Shown here in pieces: positions 19,280 to 27,133 of a stretch of DNA of 64,000 nucleotides. A program made the translations under genes and the position numbers. Position 1 is the first letter of the stretch; each line of letters starts with the position of its first letter. The notes under the pieces are model-generated. The model did not search any database, was not told the DNA's origin, and worked only from the letters and a program-made list of their open reading frames with translations. This DNA is from a virus (lineage: Duplodnaviria; Caudoviricetes), in IMG/VR virus record IMGVR_UViG_2030936005_000025, positions 128,001-192,000 of that record. One strand, 5' to 3'.

Positions 19280-20582
19280 GCTTGATTTCCTGTTTCATGC
19301 GTTCAAGAATCGAGCGTATACCAGAAAGACCTTTCTCTTATCCATCTTCAGTTTGGTGCACGATACACCGAACAACAATAAGAAGTTGGCTGACGTTCCT
19401 TTTGCTGTGTTCCGTGATAATGAGAAGAAAGAACTCTACTTTATCGATGAGAACAAACAGCGTGTGGTGATTGAAGGTCACGATGATTTCAGTCGTCCTC
19501 TCTTTTATAAGAACGACCCGATTACCATTGACATGGATACGGTGGATTTCGTTAAAGAGAAGATCCAAACCACCATCGGTATCTTCCTGACCAACATCGT
19601 TGTACTGTATGAGTCCTTCGGGACTCGCACCAGTTATATTAACGGTAAGATCAGTGGTGGTACCATCATGGGTGTTATCGACGGTTTGATGGTTGATAAC
19701 CCGACTCCTGATAAACCTGTTCCAGAAGGTAAAGCTTCTGTGAATGATTGTCTCAAGGTCACTAAGCAATTAGATTACCTGGAAGGCATGAACAACGTGT
19801 TTGTTAAAGCGTCTTCTATTGATGTCCTGACAGTTCATCCAGAGGTTATTGCTTTACGTGATAAACTCTTAAAGGGACTCGAAGACAATGGTAAGCTTGA
19901 CGACCCTACTGCAGTCGCTTTGGCTATTGATGAAGTTATTGCACTCGATGCCAAGATCCAGTACTCAGGACCTTCTGCGGACTTCTTCATTAACGGTAAG
20001 TTTATTGATAACGCCCGTAAGAAGATGTTTATTATCTTTGATATGGTTCCTGATTTTAATACAGGTAAGTACCAACTTCTTAGGAAGTCTCTGAACGAAG
20101 GCTGGGACAAAGACCACTATCCAGAATACATCAACACCGCAATCTCTGCGTCATTTGACCGTGGTAACGCAACCGGTGAAGGTGGTGCAGAAGTTAAGGT
20201 AGCTATCCTCTTAACCAACCGTATCATGATTGGTGGAGATGACTGTGGGTCACCGCGTACTGAATCGGTTAAACTCTCCAAGCACAACTTTAAAGGTTGG
20301 GTAGGCGGTTACCATTTAGTTGATGGCAAGCCTGTCCTACTTGGTAAGGGTGATGATAAGCTGATTGGTACTTCAGTCAATATGCGTGTTCCTCAGTTCT
20401 GTCAGCAAGCAGAAGACAACCTGTGTAAGACTTGTGCGGGTAATAAACTGGGGGCAATTGAAACACGTGTATCAGCAGAAACTGTTTACATCTTTACTCA
20501 GTTCATGTTGACAAGGATGAAGGCCATGCACGTCTCTCAGCTGAAAACCATCACCATGACGATGGATCAGATTCTGCGATAA
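19272..20582 (+). CDS. Virion RNA polymerase beta' subunit, C-terminal part (phiKZ gp80-like)
   Basis: Bridge-helix-like segment SFDRGNATGEGG, DDCGS, and MRVPQFC...LCKTCAG (beta' Zn motif R.P..C...C..C.G). Confidence 0.85.
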   Translation: MHKLDFLFHAFKNRAYTRKTFLLSIFSLVHDTPNNNKKLADVPFAVFRDNEKKELYFIDENKQRVVIEGHDDFSRPLFYKNDPITIDMDTVDFVKEKIQTTIGIFLTNIVVLYESFGTRTSYINGKISGGTIMGVIDGLMVDNPTPDKPVPEGKASVNDCLKVTKQLDYLEGMNNVFVKASSIDVLTVHPEVIALRDKLLKGLEDNGKLDDPTAVALAIDEVIALDAKIQYSGPSADFFINGKFIDNARKKMFIIFDMVPDFNTGKYQLLRKSLNEGWDKDHYPEYINTAISASFDRGNATGEGGAEVKVAILLTNRIMIGGDDCGSPRTESVKLSKHNFKGWVGGYHLVDGKPVLLGKGDDKLIGTSVNMRVPQFCQQAEDNLCKTCAGNKLGAIETRVSAETVYIFTQFMLTRMKAMHVSQLKTITMTMDQILR

Positions 20583-20600
20583 AAAAAATAGATAAAGACT

Positions 20601-20628
20601 AACCCTACTTCCTCATGGAAGTAGGGTT
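20601..20628. terminator. Bidirectional hairpin
   Basis: AACCCTACTTCC-TCAT-GGAAGTAGGGTT. Confidence 0.8.
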
Positions 20629-20631
20629 ATG

Positions 20632-21087
20632 TTATCCCATTAGGGCATTAATCGCTTTCAATACCTGATGAGGTTTAACTGGCATGATGGATCTAGGGAG
20701 ATCTTCTCGTAAAGTATGGATCTCAATATATCCAGCTGAGTAAAAATTACTCAGTGCGATAAGTAATTCACCACCAGTAACTCCTGACCGTTCAAACATA
20801 TCCGCGCTTGAATCAAGTTTGATTACAACAGCCGGTAAATATGGATGATAGATAACCTTTAATCCACGTTCGTCGTGTTCATGACGAGTGAGCGGATTAC
20901 GAATAGCGCTCCAGCGAACTTCTACTTTGGCTTCTGGATGAACTTGGGGTAAAGTAAACATGTTCTTTATTTGACTGTGATAACAAAGATTCTTGAAATC
21001 ATGCAGGAACTGTTTTCTGTGACTGGTAAACAAAGCTTCATTAATTAAATCTTTAAAGTTCTGCTCAGTTGCATTTACTGATTTCAT
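20632..21087 (-). CDS. Hypothetical protein (151 aa)
   Basis: ORF with AGGAA SD between two hairpins. Confidence 0.65.
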   Translation of the reverse strand: MKSVNATEQNFKDLINEALFTSHRKQFLHDFKNLCYHSQIKNMFTLPQVHPEAKVEVRWSAIRNPLTRHEHDERGLKVIYHPYLPAVVIKLDSSADMFERSGVTGGELLIALSNFYSAGYIEIHTLREDLPRSIMPVKPHQVLKAINALMG

Positions 21088-21118
21088 TTTGTTTCCTAAA
21101 AATAAATAGATGATGTAA

Positions 21119-21144
21119 CCTACCCTTCCTTTCGGAAGGGTAGG
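21119..21144 (-). terminator. Hairpin
   Basis: CCTACCCTTCC-TTTC-GGAAGGGTAGG. Confidence 0.75.
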
Positions 21145-21151
21145 GAGTTAA

Positions 21152-21622
21152 TCAGTCTTTGTTCGTTGAGGCATCGGTATGAGCATTCATTGAAAACAAA
21201 GCAGTCAGATCGTAATTGATCCCTTTGTTAAGATACTCGTTCAAATAAACAATCGGTGTGATGTGTTCAGCACCTGTTGGAATTAAAACAGAGTTGATCT
21301 TCAACGTTCGATTGTAAAGGTACGTGGTAACTTCGTTCACATGGAGAATGAGAGTTCCAGTAATCGAACTTGGAATATCGCCTTCTCCCCAGGTAGAGAC
21401 CTTGGCCCTGTGAACCACACCGAGATCAATTGAACCCGCTCTGGTAGTCAAGTAAAGGTGTTCACCTGCAAATGAGTTGATAACCTTTTCAACTGTCTGC
21501 AGTTCAGTTCTTTTCTGAATGTCAGTTTGAGGGATAGACTTATCCAGGTGATGAGCAAACAGATTCAGGAAAAAGAATTTACCGTCATCTGTTTTAGTTA
21601 AGCGAGTGGTAATATGATCCAT
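21152..21622 (-). CDS. Hypothetical protein (156 aa)
   Basis: ORF tiling in the accessory cluster. Confidence 0.6.
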   Translation of the reverse strand: MDHITTRLTKTDDGKFFFLNLFAHHLDKSIPQTDIQKRTELQTVEKVINSFAGEHLYLTTRAGSIDLGVVHRAKVSTWGEGDIPSSITGTLILHVNEVTTYLYNRTLKINSVLIPTGAEHITPIVYLNEYLNKGINYDLTALFSMNAHTDASTNKD

Positions 21623-21629
21623 TGCTTTA

Positions 21630-22211
21630 TTACTCTTCGGTTGGAAGTTCAGCGTTCAGAATCTTTACAGTTTTCTCAATCACGTCAGTCTCCGCTTCTG
21701 ACTTGTTCAGCTTCCATTCCAGGTTCTGGAAATGACACTGATGAGAATGACCATCCAGATGGATAACCTGCAGTTCAGACTGATCGATACCTTTATAGAT
21801 ATCCGGTACAGTCAGGAAGGTAGACGCTACAGCACGCGCGATCTGCAGAGTGTGTTGGTTACCCAGGATAGTCAGAGAAGCCTGAGGACCACCTTCTGCC
21901 GATTCACCGTAGTTGATGTGGAGATCACCATCCACTTCATACGCCAGCGCACCTTTGATTGACACCATGACAGTATCCGTTTTCAGGATAATACCATTGG
22001 TCCAGTAATACGTCAGAGGAGCCCAGACATCAAACTTGGGATCGTTGGCAATACCGTGACGGATGTACTCTTCATTGGCCAGCTTCTGCTCAGCTTCGGG
22101 CAGAATAGCGGCGCTGGATGCATCCAGTTGAGTATCACGGTTATCGAAAACCAGAGAGACCAGAGTGGGGAGGCTTGCCAGGGTTTTCTTTTCATGAACA
22201 ATAACGGACAT
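21630..22211 (-). CDS. Hypothetical protein (193 aa)
   Basis: ORF with strong AAGGAG SD. Confidence 0.7.
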   Translation of the reverse strand: MSVIVHEKKTLASLPTLVSLVFDNRDTQLDASSAAILPEAEQKLANEEYIRHGIANDPKFDVWAPLTYYWTNGIILKTDTVMVSIKGALAYEVDGDLHINYGESAEGGPQASLTILGNQHTLQIARAVASTFLTVPDIYKGIDQSELQVIHLDGHSHQCHFQNLEWKLNKSEAETDVIEKTVKILNAELPTEE

Positions 22212-22257
22212 GTACTACTCCTTTACGTGGTGGGGTAAAAACAAAGTGAGTAAATAG

Positions 22258-22287
22258 ACCTACCTTACCCAAGATGGTAAGGTAGGT
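22258..22287 (-). terminator. Hairpin
   Basis: ACCTACCTTACC-CAAGAT-GGTAAGGTAGGT. Confidence 0.75.
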
Positions 22288-22293
22288 TATTAA

Positions 22294-22818
22294 TTATGCG
22301 GCAACAGGTTCAGCTTCTGGGGTAGAGATGATGGTGACAGACAACACTTCATTTTTGGTATCGTAGAAGTAGGTGAACAACTCGATACGGTTGAAGTATT
22401 CCATTTCACCGTGCAGGGTTACCACATCCTGATTGAATTCATCGGCGGCAACTTCAGCGGCAAACTTCGCAACGATCGCCTGGAAGATCTCTTCGTACTT
22501 GGCGTACTCAGGGTTGTCTTCTGGGTCGATTTCAGCGACACCTTCGGTTTCATCAGACTGACCGTGAGCAACCAGCGCAAACACGGTGTTCGCGGTAACC
22601 TGGGATTCATGATCCAACTGATCGTCTTCTTCGGTCTGATTTTCATCAGAACCTGCCACCGGCAGTGGTTTCACGAATACGATGTTCATCGCACCTTCCA
22701 GTGCAACGTGAATCTGTTCTGGGTTCAGACCTTCAAACAGGTCAGCAAAGTCGCGAACTTTGAACTTATAGCTTACAGCTTGTTCAGGAATGATTGCATT
22801 GGTTGATTTGCTTAACAT
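22294..22818 (-). CDS. Highly acidic hypothetical protein; likely start MLSKS at 22818
   Basis: GGAG SD before 22818; D/E-rich; codon usage like highly expressed genes. Confidence 0.65.
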   Translation of the reverse strand: MLSKSTNAIIPEQAVSYKFKVRDFADLFEGLNPEQIHVALEGAMNIVFVKPLPVAGSDENQTEEDDQLDHESQVTANTVFALVAHGQSDETEGVAEIDPEDNPEYAKYEEIFQAIVAKFAAEVAADEFNQDVVTLHGEMEYFNRIELFTYFYDTKNEVLSVTIISTPEAEPVAA

Positions 22819-22846
22819 GACGTTCTCCATAATAAAGTTGGGTGTG

Positions 22847-23227
22847 TTACCAAAGTGTCCACGCGGTTTCACTTGGGTCTACATATAGTTGGATCTTTGT
22901 AAATTGTTTACTGACGTGGTAATCATATTTAAGATAGAACTCCCCGCTGCAGAGCAGGGATTGGTATGTCAGGTTAGTTGACAGTTCTTCTACACGCTTT
23001 CTTATCTCAGCGTAAATGATTTCCACGTTTGGTTTATCAAGGATATCTAATGTCGAATGAAGGTAGCCCAAGAGCACGCCATTCAATTCACATTCACCTG
23101 TTACACCTAACATGAGTTTCTCACCCATGATATAAACAATTAGCTCATCGAGATGCATACGATGTGTGTGAGCCGCCGTATGTATGTCGACATTACGATA
23201 GGTATAACTGACTATTTCCATTTGCAT
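22847..23227 (-). CDS. Hypothetical protein (126 aa)
   Basis: ORF tiling; weak similarity to the neighbour 23193..23609. Confidence 0.55.
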   Translation of the reverse strand: MQMEIVSYTYRNVDIHTAAHTHRMHLDELIVYIMGEKLMLGVTGECELNGVLLGYLHSTLDILDKPNVEIIYAEIRKRVEELSTNLTYQSLLCSGEFYLKYDYHVSKQFTKIQLYVDPSETAWTLW

Positions 23228-23609
23228 TGATAGGGTTCTCGGCTACGCACAAGCGGATAAGATTCGGATACCAGAACGGCATGATATCGGCAATGTCATC
23301 TACCTGATTTGTAAATTCCTCCATTTCTAACCAATACGTGGCAAGGATGACTTCAAGCTGATCAACCACAGCGTCATATATTTGTGCAAAAGGATCCTGA
23401 CCAAATTCGTCATGACCAATTAACTCACAAAGGTGATCGCCAATGGTTAACTTCGCATGTTCCTGCATGGTGATATCATCAAAGGGTAGACCCAGCTTTT
23501 TATGCTGATCTATCATAATCGATACACCATAGGCTAGTGCTTCCAGTATCGTTGTATCACTGATACCAGGAACACCAATACTAAACGAAACTAATTCAAG
23601 CTTTTGCAT
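23193..23609 (-). CDS. Hypothetical protein (138 aa)
   Basis: ORF tiling after the helicase hairpin. Confidence 0.55.
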   Translation of the reverse strand: MQKLELVSFSIGVPGISDTTILEALAYGVSIMIDQHKKLGLPFDDITMQEHAKLTIGDHLCELIGHDEFGQDPFAQIYDAVVDQLEVILATYWLEMEEFTNQVDDIADIMPFWYPNLIRLCVAENPINANGNSQLYLS

Positions 23610-23630
23610 GTTACCGCCATAGACAGAACC

Positions 23631-23650
23631 CTGGAGACCAAAGTCCCCAG
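23631..23650 (-). terminator. Hairpin after the helicase gene
   Basis: Minus strand CTGGGGAC-TTTG-GTCTCCAG (one G-U pair). Confidence 0.5.
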
Positions 23651-23660
23651 AGTCATGTTG

Positions 23661-25205
23661 TTAAATACGTGAACCGCTGTCTATCAACGTAAACTTCTTC
23701 ATCTTCTTATCAAAGATTATTTTGCGCTTCCTGTGATAGTCCACCTGCTTAGGAATATCCGGACACACAAAGTAAACAAAGATAGGATCAAGATCAGGCC
23801 ACCATTTGTCAATCGGACGCGTACGTCCAACCATCTGGTCATTACGTTGTGAGGAACTCACAGCAATAGGGCTAAACACGACGTAGAGCATCGGAATGTC
23901 TTTACCGGTACCACAAGAGCCTGGCGTTGTTATAACGACCTGGTGTTCACGGTAGGCGGTCTTCGTTTCCTTCTTCTTACTCTGTTCCCCAGTAAACACA
24001 ATTGCATCAAGATCAGGTTGATCAAGTTTCAATCGATCCAGGAACATTTGACACATCTCAATCGTCGCAAAGAACCACATTGCCTTCTGGCCTTCACGAT
24101 AAGTATCGAAGTAATAGATTTTAAACGACTCTGCAAGCATTAAGTAATACTGTTCAAAGACGTACTTATTCTTCATGATCGCTTGTTCAAACTTCACATG
24201 AGAATAGCCACCAAATCCCTTGGTGTTAATTCGATACTTATTGACATCCATGCGATGCGTATACGCAATAACGTGGATGTACTTCGTGTACTCCGGTGGT
24301 CTCAGATAAGACTTAGCGGGGAAGATCTGACTATAGATACCGTTGATGAAATCATCGTCGCCCTGAAGAGTCGCTGAGAGCGCTGCGGTTTTGGCGTGAT
24401 TCCCAAACATCAATGACATATACACAGAGTAAATCGATTCGTGTGCTTCATCGATGATACGATATCCACAACCTAAGTCTCGATAAACTTCATCCAGACA
24501 AGGTAGTGAGGGATCTTCTTTTGTACGTTTTAAATACACATCAATCTTTGTCAATGGCAAGATAATAAAGGAAGGGTTGATAAGTCCCTCTCTCATTGCC
24601 TTATGCGTTTCCTCAACAGAGTGTTTATCAACAATCAAAATGTCTGTCGGGTGAACATCCAAAAACTCGGCGATGGTTTTAACCCAGATATCCACATAAC
24701 GAGGCAACACCGTAATCAGTGTACGCTTCTGTAACAGATATGCAGTATAGATAGCCATAAAGCTTTTACCGAAACCGGTTGTAGCGTTATTCACGACAAC
24801 TGGTGTGGGTCCGGTCATAAACTCAATGTAATCTTCCTGCAATTCATTACGTGGTTTGATGTTCGGGTTTTTCAGCTTGATGTTAGCGGTTGCGCCTGGA
24901 ATAACAGCTTCATCTTTAATGAGTATCCTGTTTTCGGCATAACCATTTGCTTTCATCAATTCAATCAGTTCAGGTAGTTTTTCTACGTTGAACCTTAGCT
25001 CGGTTTTATCAGTGTTGAACCGAGCGAATACATGACTGACTTCCATCTTGAAGGCATTCGGACCACCTCCAATAACGGGGACTTTCTGAACTCGATAAAA
25101 GTGTCGCTTACAAAAAGGAATGAGCACTTGCTTAACAAGTTCAGGCTTAAAGTCAGTCAAGCGAACATAGGAATTCGCTTTGTTAATCACCAGTGTTCGG
25201 CGCAT
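23661..25205 (-). CDS. uvsW: SF2 DEAH helicase, UvsW-like (phiKZ gp75-like)
   Basis: Walker A NATTGFGKS, IIDEAH, motif III LSAT, motif V CGTGKDIP, motif VI QMVGRTR. Confidence 0.85.
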   Translation of the reverse strand: MRRTLVINKANSYVRLTDFKPELVKQVLIPFCKRHFYRVQKVPVIGGGPNAFKMEVSHVFARFNTDKTELRFNVEKLPELIELMKANGYAENRILIKDEAVIPGATANIKLKNPNIKPRNELQEDYIEFMTGPTPVVVNNATTGFGKSFMAIYTAYLLQKRTLITVLPRYVDIWVKTIAEFLDVHPTDILIVDKHSVEETHKAMREGLINPSFIILPLTKIDVYLKRTKEDPSLPCLDEVYRDLGCGYRIIDEAHESIYSVYMSLMFGNHAKTAALSATLQGDDDFINGIYSQIFPAKSYLRPPEYTKYIHVIAYTHRMDVNKYRINTKGFGGYSHVKFEQAIMKNKYVFEQYYLMLAESFKIYYFDTYREGQKAMWFFATIEMCQMFLDRLKLDQPDLDAIVFTGEQSKKKETKTAYREHQVVITTPGSCGTGKDIPMLYVVFSPIAVSSSQRNDQMVGRTRPIDKWWPDLDPIFVYFVCPDIPKQVDYHRKRKIIFDKKMKKFTLIDSGSRI

Positions 25206-25335
25206 CTGACAAACCTCTTTTATACTGAAACCCAGGGAATATGGGCGTCCAAAAGATACTTAGCTAACTGATTTGGACTCCAGTACTTTATAAATGCTAA
25301 TTCCTTTTAAGGGAAATCCTTTTCCCTTCAGCTAC

Positions 25336-25497
25336 TTATTGACTGATCCCAAACACTTCATAAGCCTTCGCTCTCAGCGCTTCCTTAATTTCTTCTTCTT
25401 TCCAATCAAGATCGAATCGTGAACAACTTTGAGTGATTGTATACCACTCGTTCACCAGCTTTTCGATAAGATCTTTTTTCTCTGTTTCGCCACCCAT
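25336..25497 (-). CDS. Small hypothetical protein, 53 aa (below track cutoff)
   Basis: MGGETEKKDLIEKLVNEWYTITQSCSRFDLDWKEEEIKEALRAKAYEVFGISQ fills an otherwise empty gap in the operon. Confidence 0.5.
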   Translation of the reverse strand: MGGETEKKDLIEKLVNEWYTITQSCSRFDLDWKEEEIKEALRAKAYEVFGISQ

Positions 25498-25533
25498 GAT
25501 CGATTTCCATTAGGTTGTTCAGTTTAAATTCAA

Positions 25534-25893
25534 TTATTCCTGATTAGGGAACTCTTCGCTTTCCACAGACAGACCTGCTGAAGTGAAACCGTGACCAGTC
25601 ATCTTCACAGTACCTTCAGTAAGATCCAGTTCCAATACCAGCGCAATCGTTGCCGGTACTTCCGGTTCAGCATTACTGTATTGCAGAATCAGAATAGAAT
25701 CTGATTTCGCTTTCTCGAATGACGGAACCATTTGCTTTGGTTTATCAAACTCAACGATGATCTCGTCACCGTTCTTGATTTCCGTCAAGAAGAAGCTGAA
25801 CGCTTTGTTCACCAGAGAGGAAGGGAGTTTGGTGATAGTAGCTTCGGTAGGTGCGCCCAGTACCAGATCAACGTTCTCAATTTTTACTGACAT
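25534..25893 (-). CDS. Hypothetical protein, paralog of 25877..26263
   Basis: Shares G.PT, VPSF(E/D)K.K and G.GF motifs with its neighbour. Confidence 0.7.
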   Translation of the reverse strand: MSVKIENVDLVLGAPTEATITKLPSSLVNKAFSFFLTEIKNGDEIIVEFDKPKQMVPSFEKAKSDSILILQYSNAEPEVPATIALVLELDLTEGTVKMTGHGFTSAGLSVESEEFPNQE

Positions 25894-26263
25894 CTTTACT
25901 TTCCTTATTTAAACGGTACATGTGAATAACGACGAATTCGAAACCTTTACCATCTACAGTAATTTCTTTGGTTTCAATATTGATTTGGGCCGTGATCTTA
26001 ATCTTAGCATCATCAGCAGGAGTACGACTCGCCCACATATTAATGAGGGTGGTCTTTTCTTTCGACTTATCAAAAGACGGAACAAATTCTTTCTCTGGGA
26101 ATGCCGCACAGGCAAAGTCTTTACCTGAATACTTAACAAGAGAGCATGACGCTAATACAAAGATACAATTCTCATCCAGATCGTCCGGGATAATAAATGG
26201 TTTCTTTTTAGAGACAATATATCTCGTTGGCAAACCCATGGATATGTGGTGTACAAAGCTCAT
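25877..26263 (-). CDS. Hypothetical early protein, paralog of 25534..25893
   Basis: Lies directly downstream of the early promoter motif; shared motifs. Confidence 0.7.
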   Translation of the reverse strand: MSFVHHISMGLPTRYIVSKKKPFIIPDDLDENCIFVLASCSLVKYSGKDFACAAFPEKEFVPSFDKSKEKTTLINMWASRTPADDAKIKITAQINIETKEITVDGKGFEFVVIHMYRLNKESKDVSKN

Positions 26264-26287
26264 AATGAAATCTTCTTTGTGATTGAC

Positions 26288-26316
26288 TACACAATGATAA
26301 TATATGTTTCAAAATA
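26288..26316 (-). promoter_or_regulatory. Putative early (virion RNAP) promoter
   Basis: TGAAACATATATTAT-CATT-GTGTA fits the 7-copy ATATTAT-N4-RTG motif. Confidence 0.65.
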
Positions 26317-26318
26317 AA

Positions 26319-26348
26319 TACCCACTTCCCTTTTACAGGAAGTGAGTA
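26319..26348 (-). terminator. Hairpin closing the RNAP-higA operon
   Basis: TACCCACTTCC...GGAAGTGAGTA. Confidence 0.6.
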
Positions 26349-26351
26349 GGG

Positions 26352-26597
26352 TTATTGTGAAAACACTTGCATAGTCCAGCCGCTCTTTCCTTCCATGGCA
26401 GCCACATCGATCGTGCCGATATAGTTGTCCATGCTTAAAGGAAAGACATAATCTTTATAAGCAGGGTTGACGACAGTGAAGCCGTCTTCGGTAATTGTTG
26501 CTACCGTTTCAACAAAAGGTGCTTGCTGAATACCGCCTGCTTTAGATTTGATTTCGATCAACTGACCAGGAAGAATATCAAGAATCGATTTGAGCAT
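26352..26597 (-). CDS. Hypothetical protein (81 aa)
   Basis: Small beta-rich ORF overlapping the higA end. Confidence 0.55.
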   Translation of the reverse strand: MLKSILDILPGQLIEIKSKAGGIQQAPFVETVATITEDGFTVVNPAYKDYVFPLSMDNYIGTIDVAAMEGKSGWTMQVFSQ

Positions 26598-26910
26598 CTT
26601 CGCGATTTTCCGTTATGGATTTATCAAAGTAAGGTTTCAATTTCTGAATCTCAGCATCCAACTTTTTATCCTGTTTTGCAACAGCGATATCGTGAGTGGT
26701 TTGCATGTTGATCCAAAACATCGGTGTAGTACCGAATACCTTAGCTAAGCGTAAAGCCATGTCGGTTGACAGCGCACTCTTGCCGTTAATCAAACGGCTT
26801 ACCGTTCCCGGTGAAACACCCAGTGCATCTGACACTTTACTCAGTGAGATGCCATAGGGTTTCATGTATTCTTCTCTCAGAATCTCGCCCGGCGTGGATG
26901 GTGTTCTCAT
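26578..26910 (-). CDS. higA: HigA/VapI-family XRE-HTH antitoxin, orphan; likely start MRTPSTPGE at 26910
   Basis: TPGEILREEYMKPYGIS...ALGVSPGTVSRLINGKSALSTDMALRLAKVFGTTPMFWINMQ matches the HigA consensus. AGGAGG SD and TAATG coupling. Confidence 0.85.
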   Translation of the reverse strand: MRTPSTPGEILREEYMKPYGISLSKVSDALGVSPGTVSRLINGKSALSTDMALRLAKVFGTTPMFWINMQTTHDIAVAKQDKKLDAEIQKLKPYFDKSITENREDAQIDS

Positions 26911-27119
26911 TACTGACCTCCTGGCCAAGTGAACGCATCTGACTTACCAGTCAGCACACGCCAAGCAGAACGCACACGGTTCTTGAACCCTGCCCATCCT
27001 TGATATCCTTTTGGACGGCACGCAACCCACTTCCCTTTGATACAACACTGGGATTCATGAATCGCTTTTAACAGATCATCGAATTTGTATTCCATGACGG
27101 TCACCCTAATAGCGGACAT
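26910..27119 (-). CDS. Small phage hypothetical protein (61-69 aa)
   Basis: WVACRP...RVRSAWRVLTGKSDAFTW resembles a common small phage family; no RelE/HigB features. Confidence 0.65.
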   Translation of the reverse strand: MSAIRVTVMEYKFDDLLKAIHESQCCIKGKWVACRPKGYQGWAGFKNRVRSAWRVLTGKSDAFTWPGGQ

Positions 27120-27133
27120 CCTTGTCCAATTAA

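Noticed and set aside
26910-27119. Upstream neighbour of higA as a HigB toxin
   Set aside because: Too short and lacks RelE/HigB-like features; resembles a common small phage protein. Kept only as a test in the higA finding.
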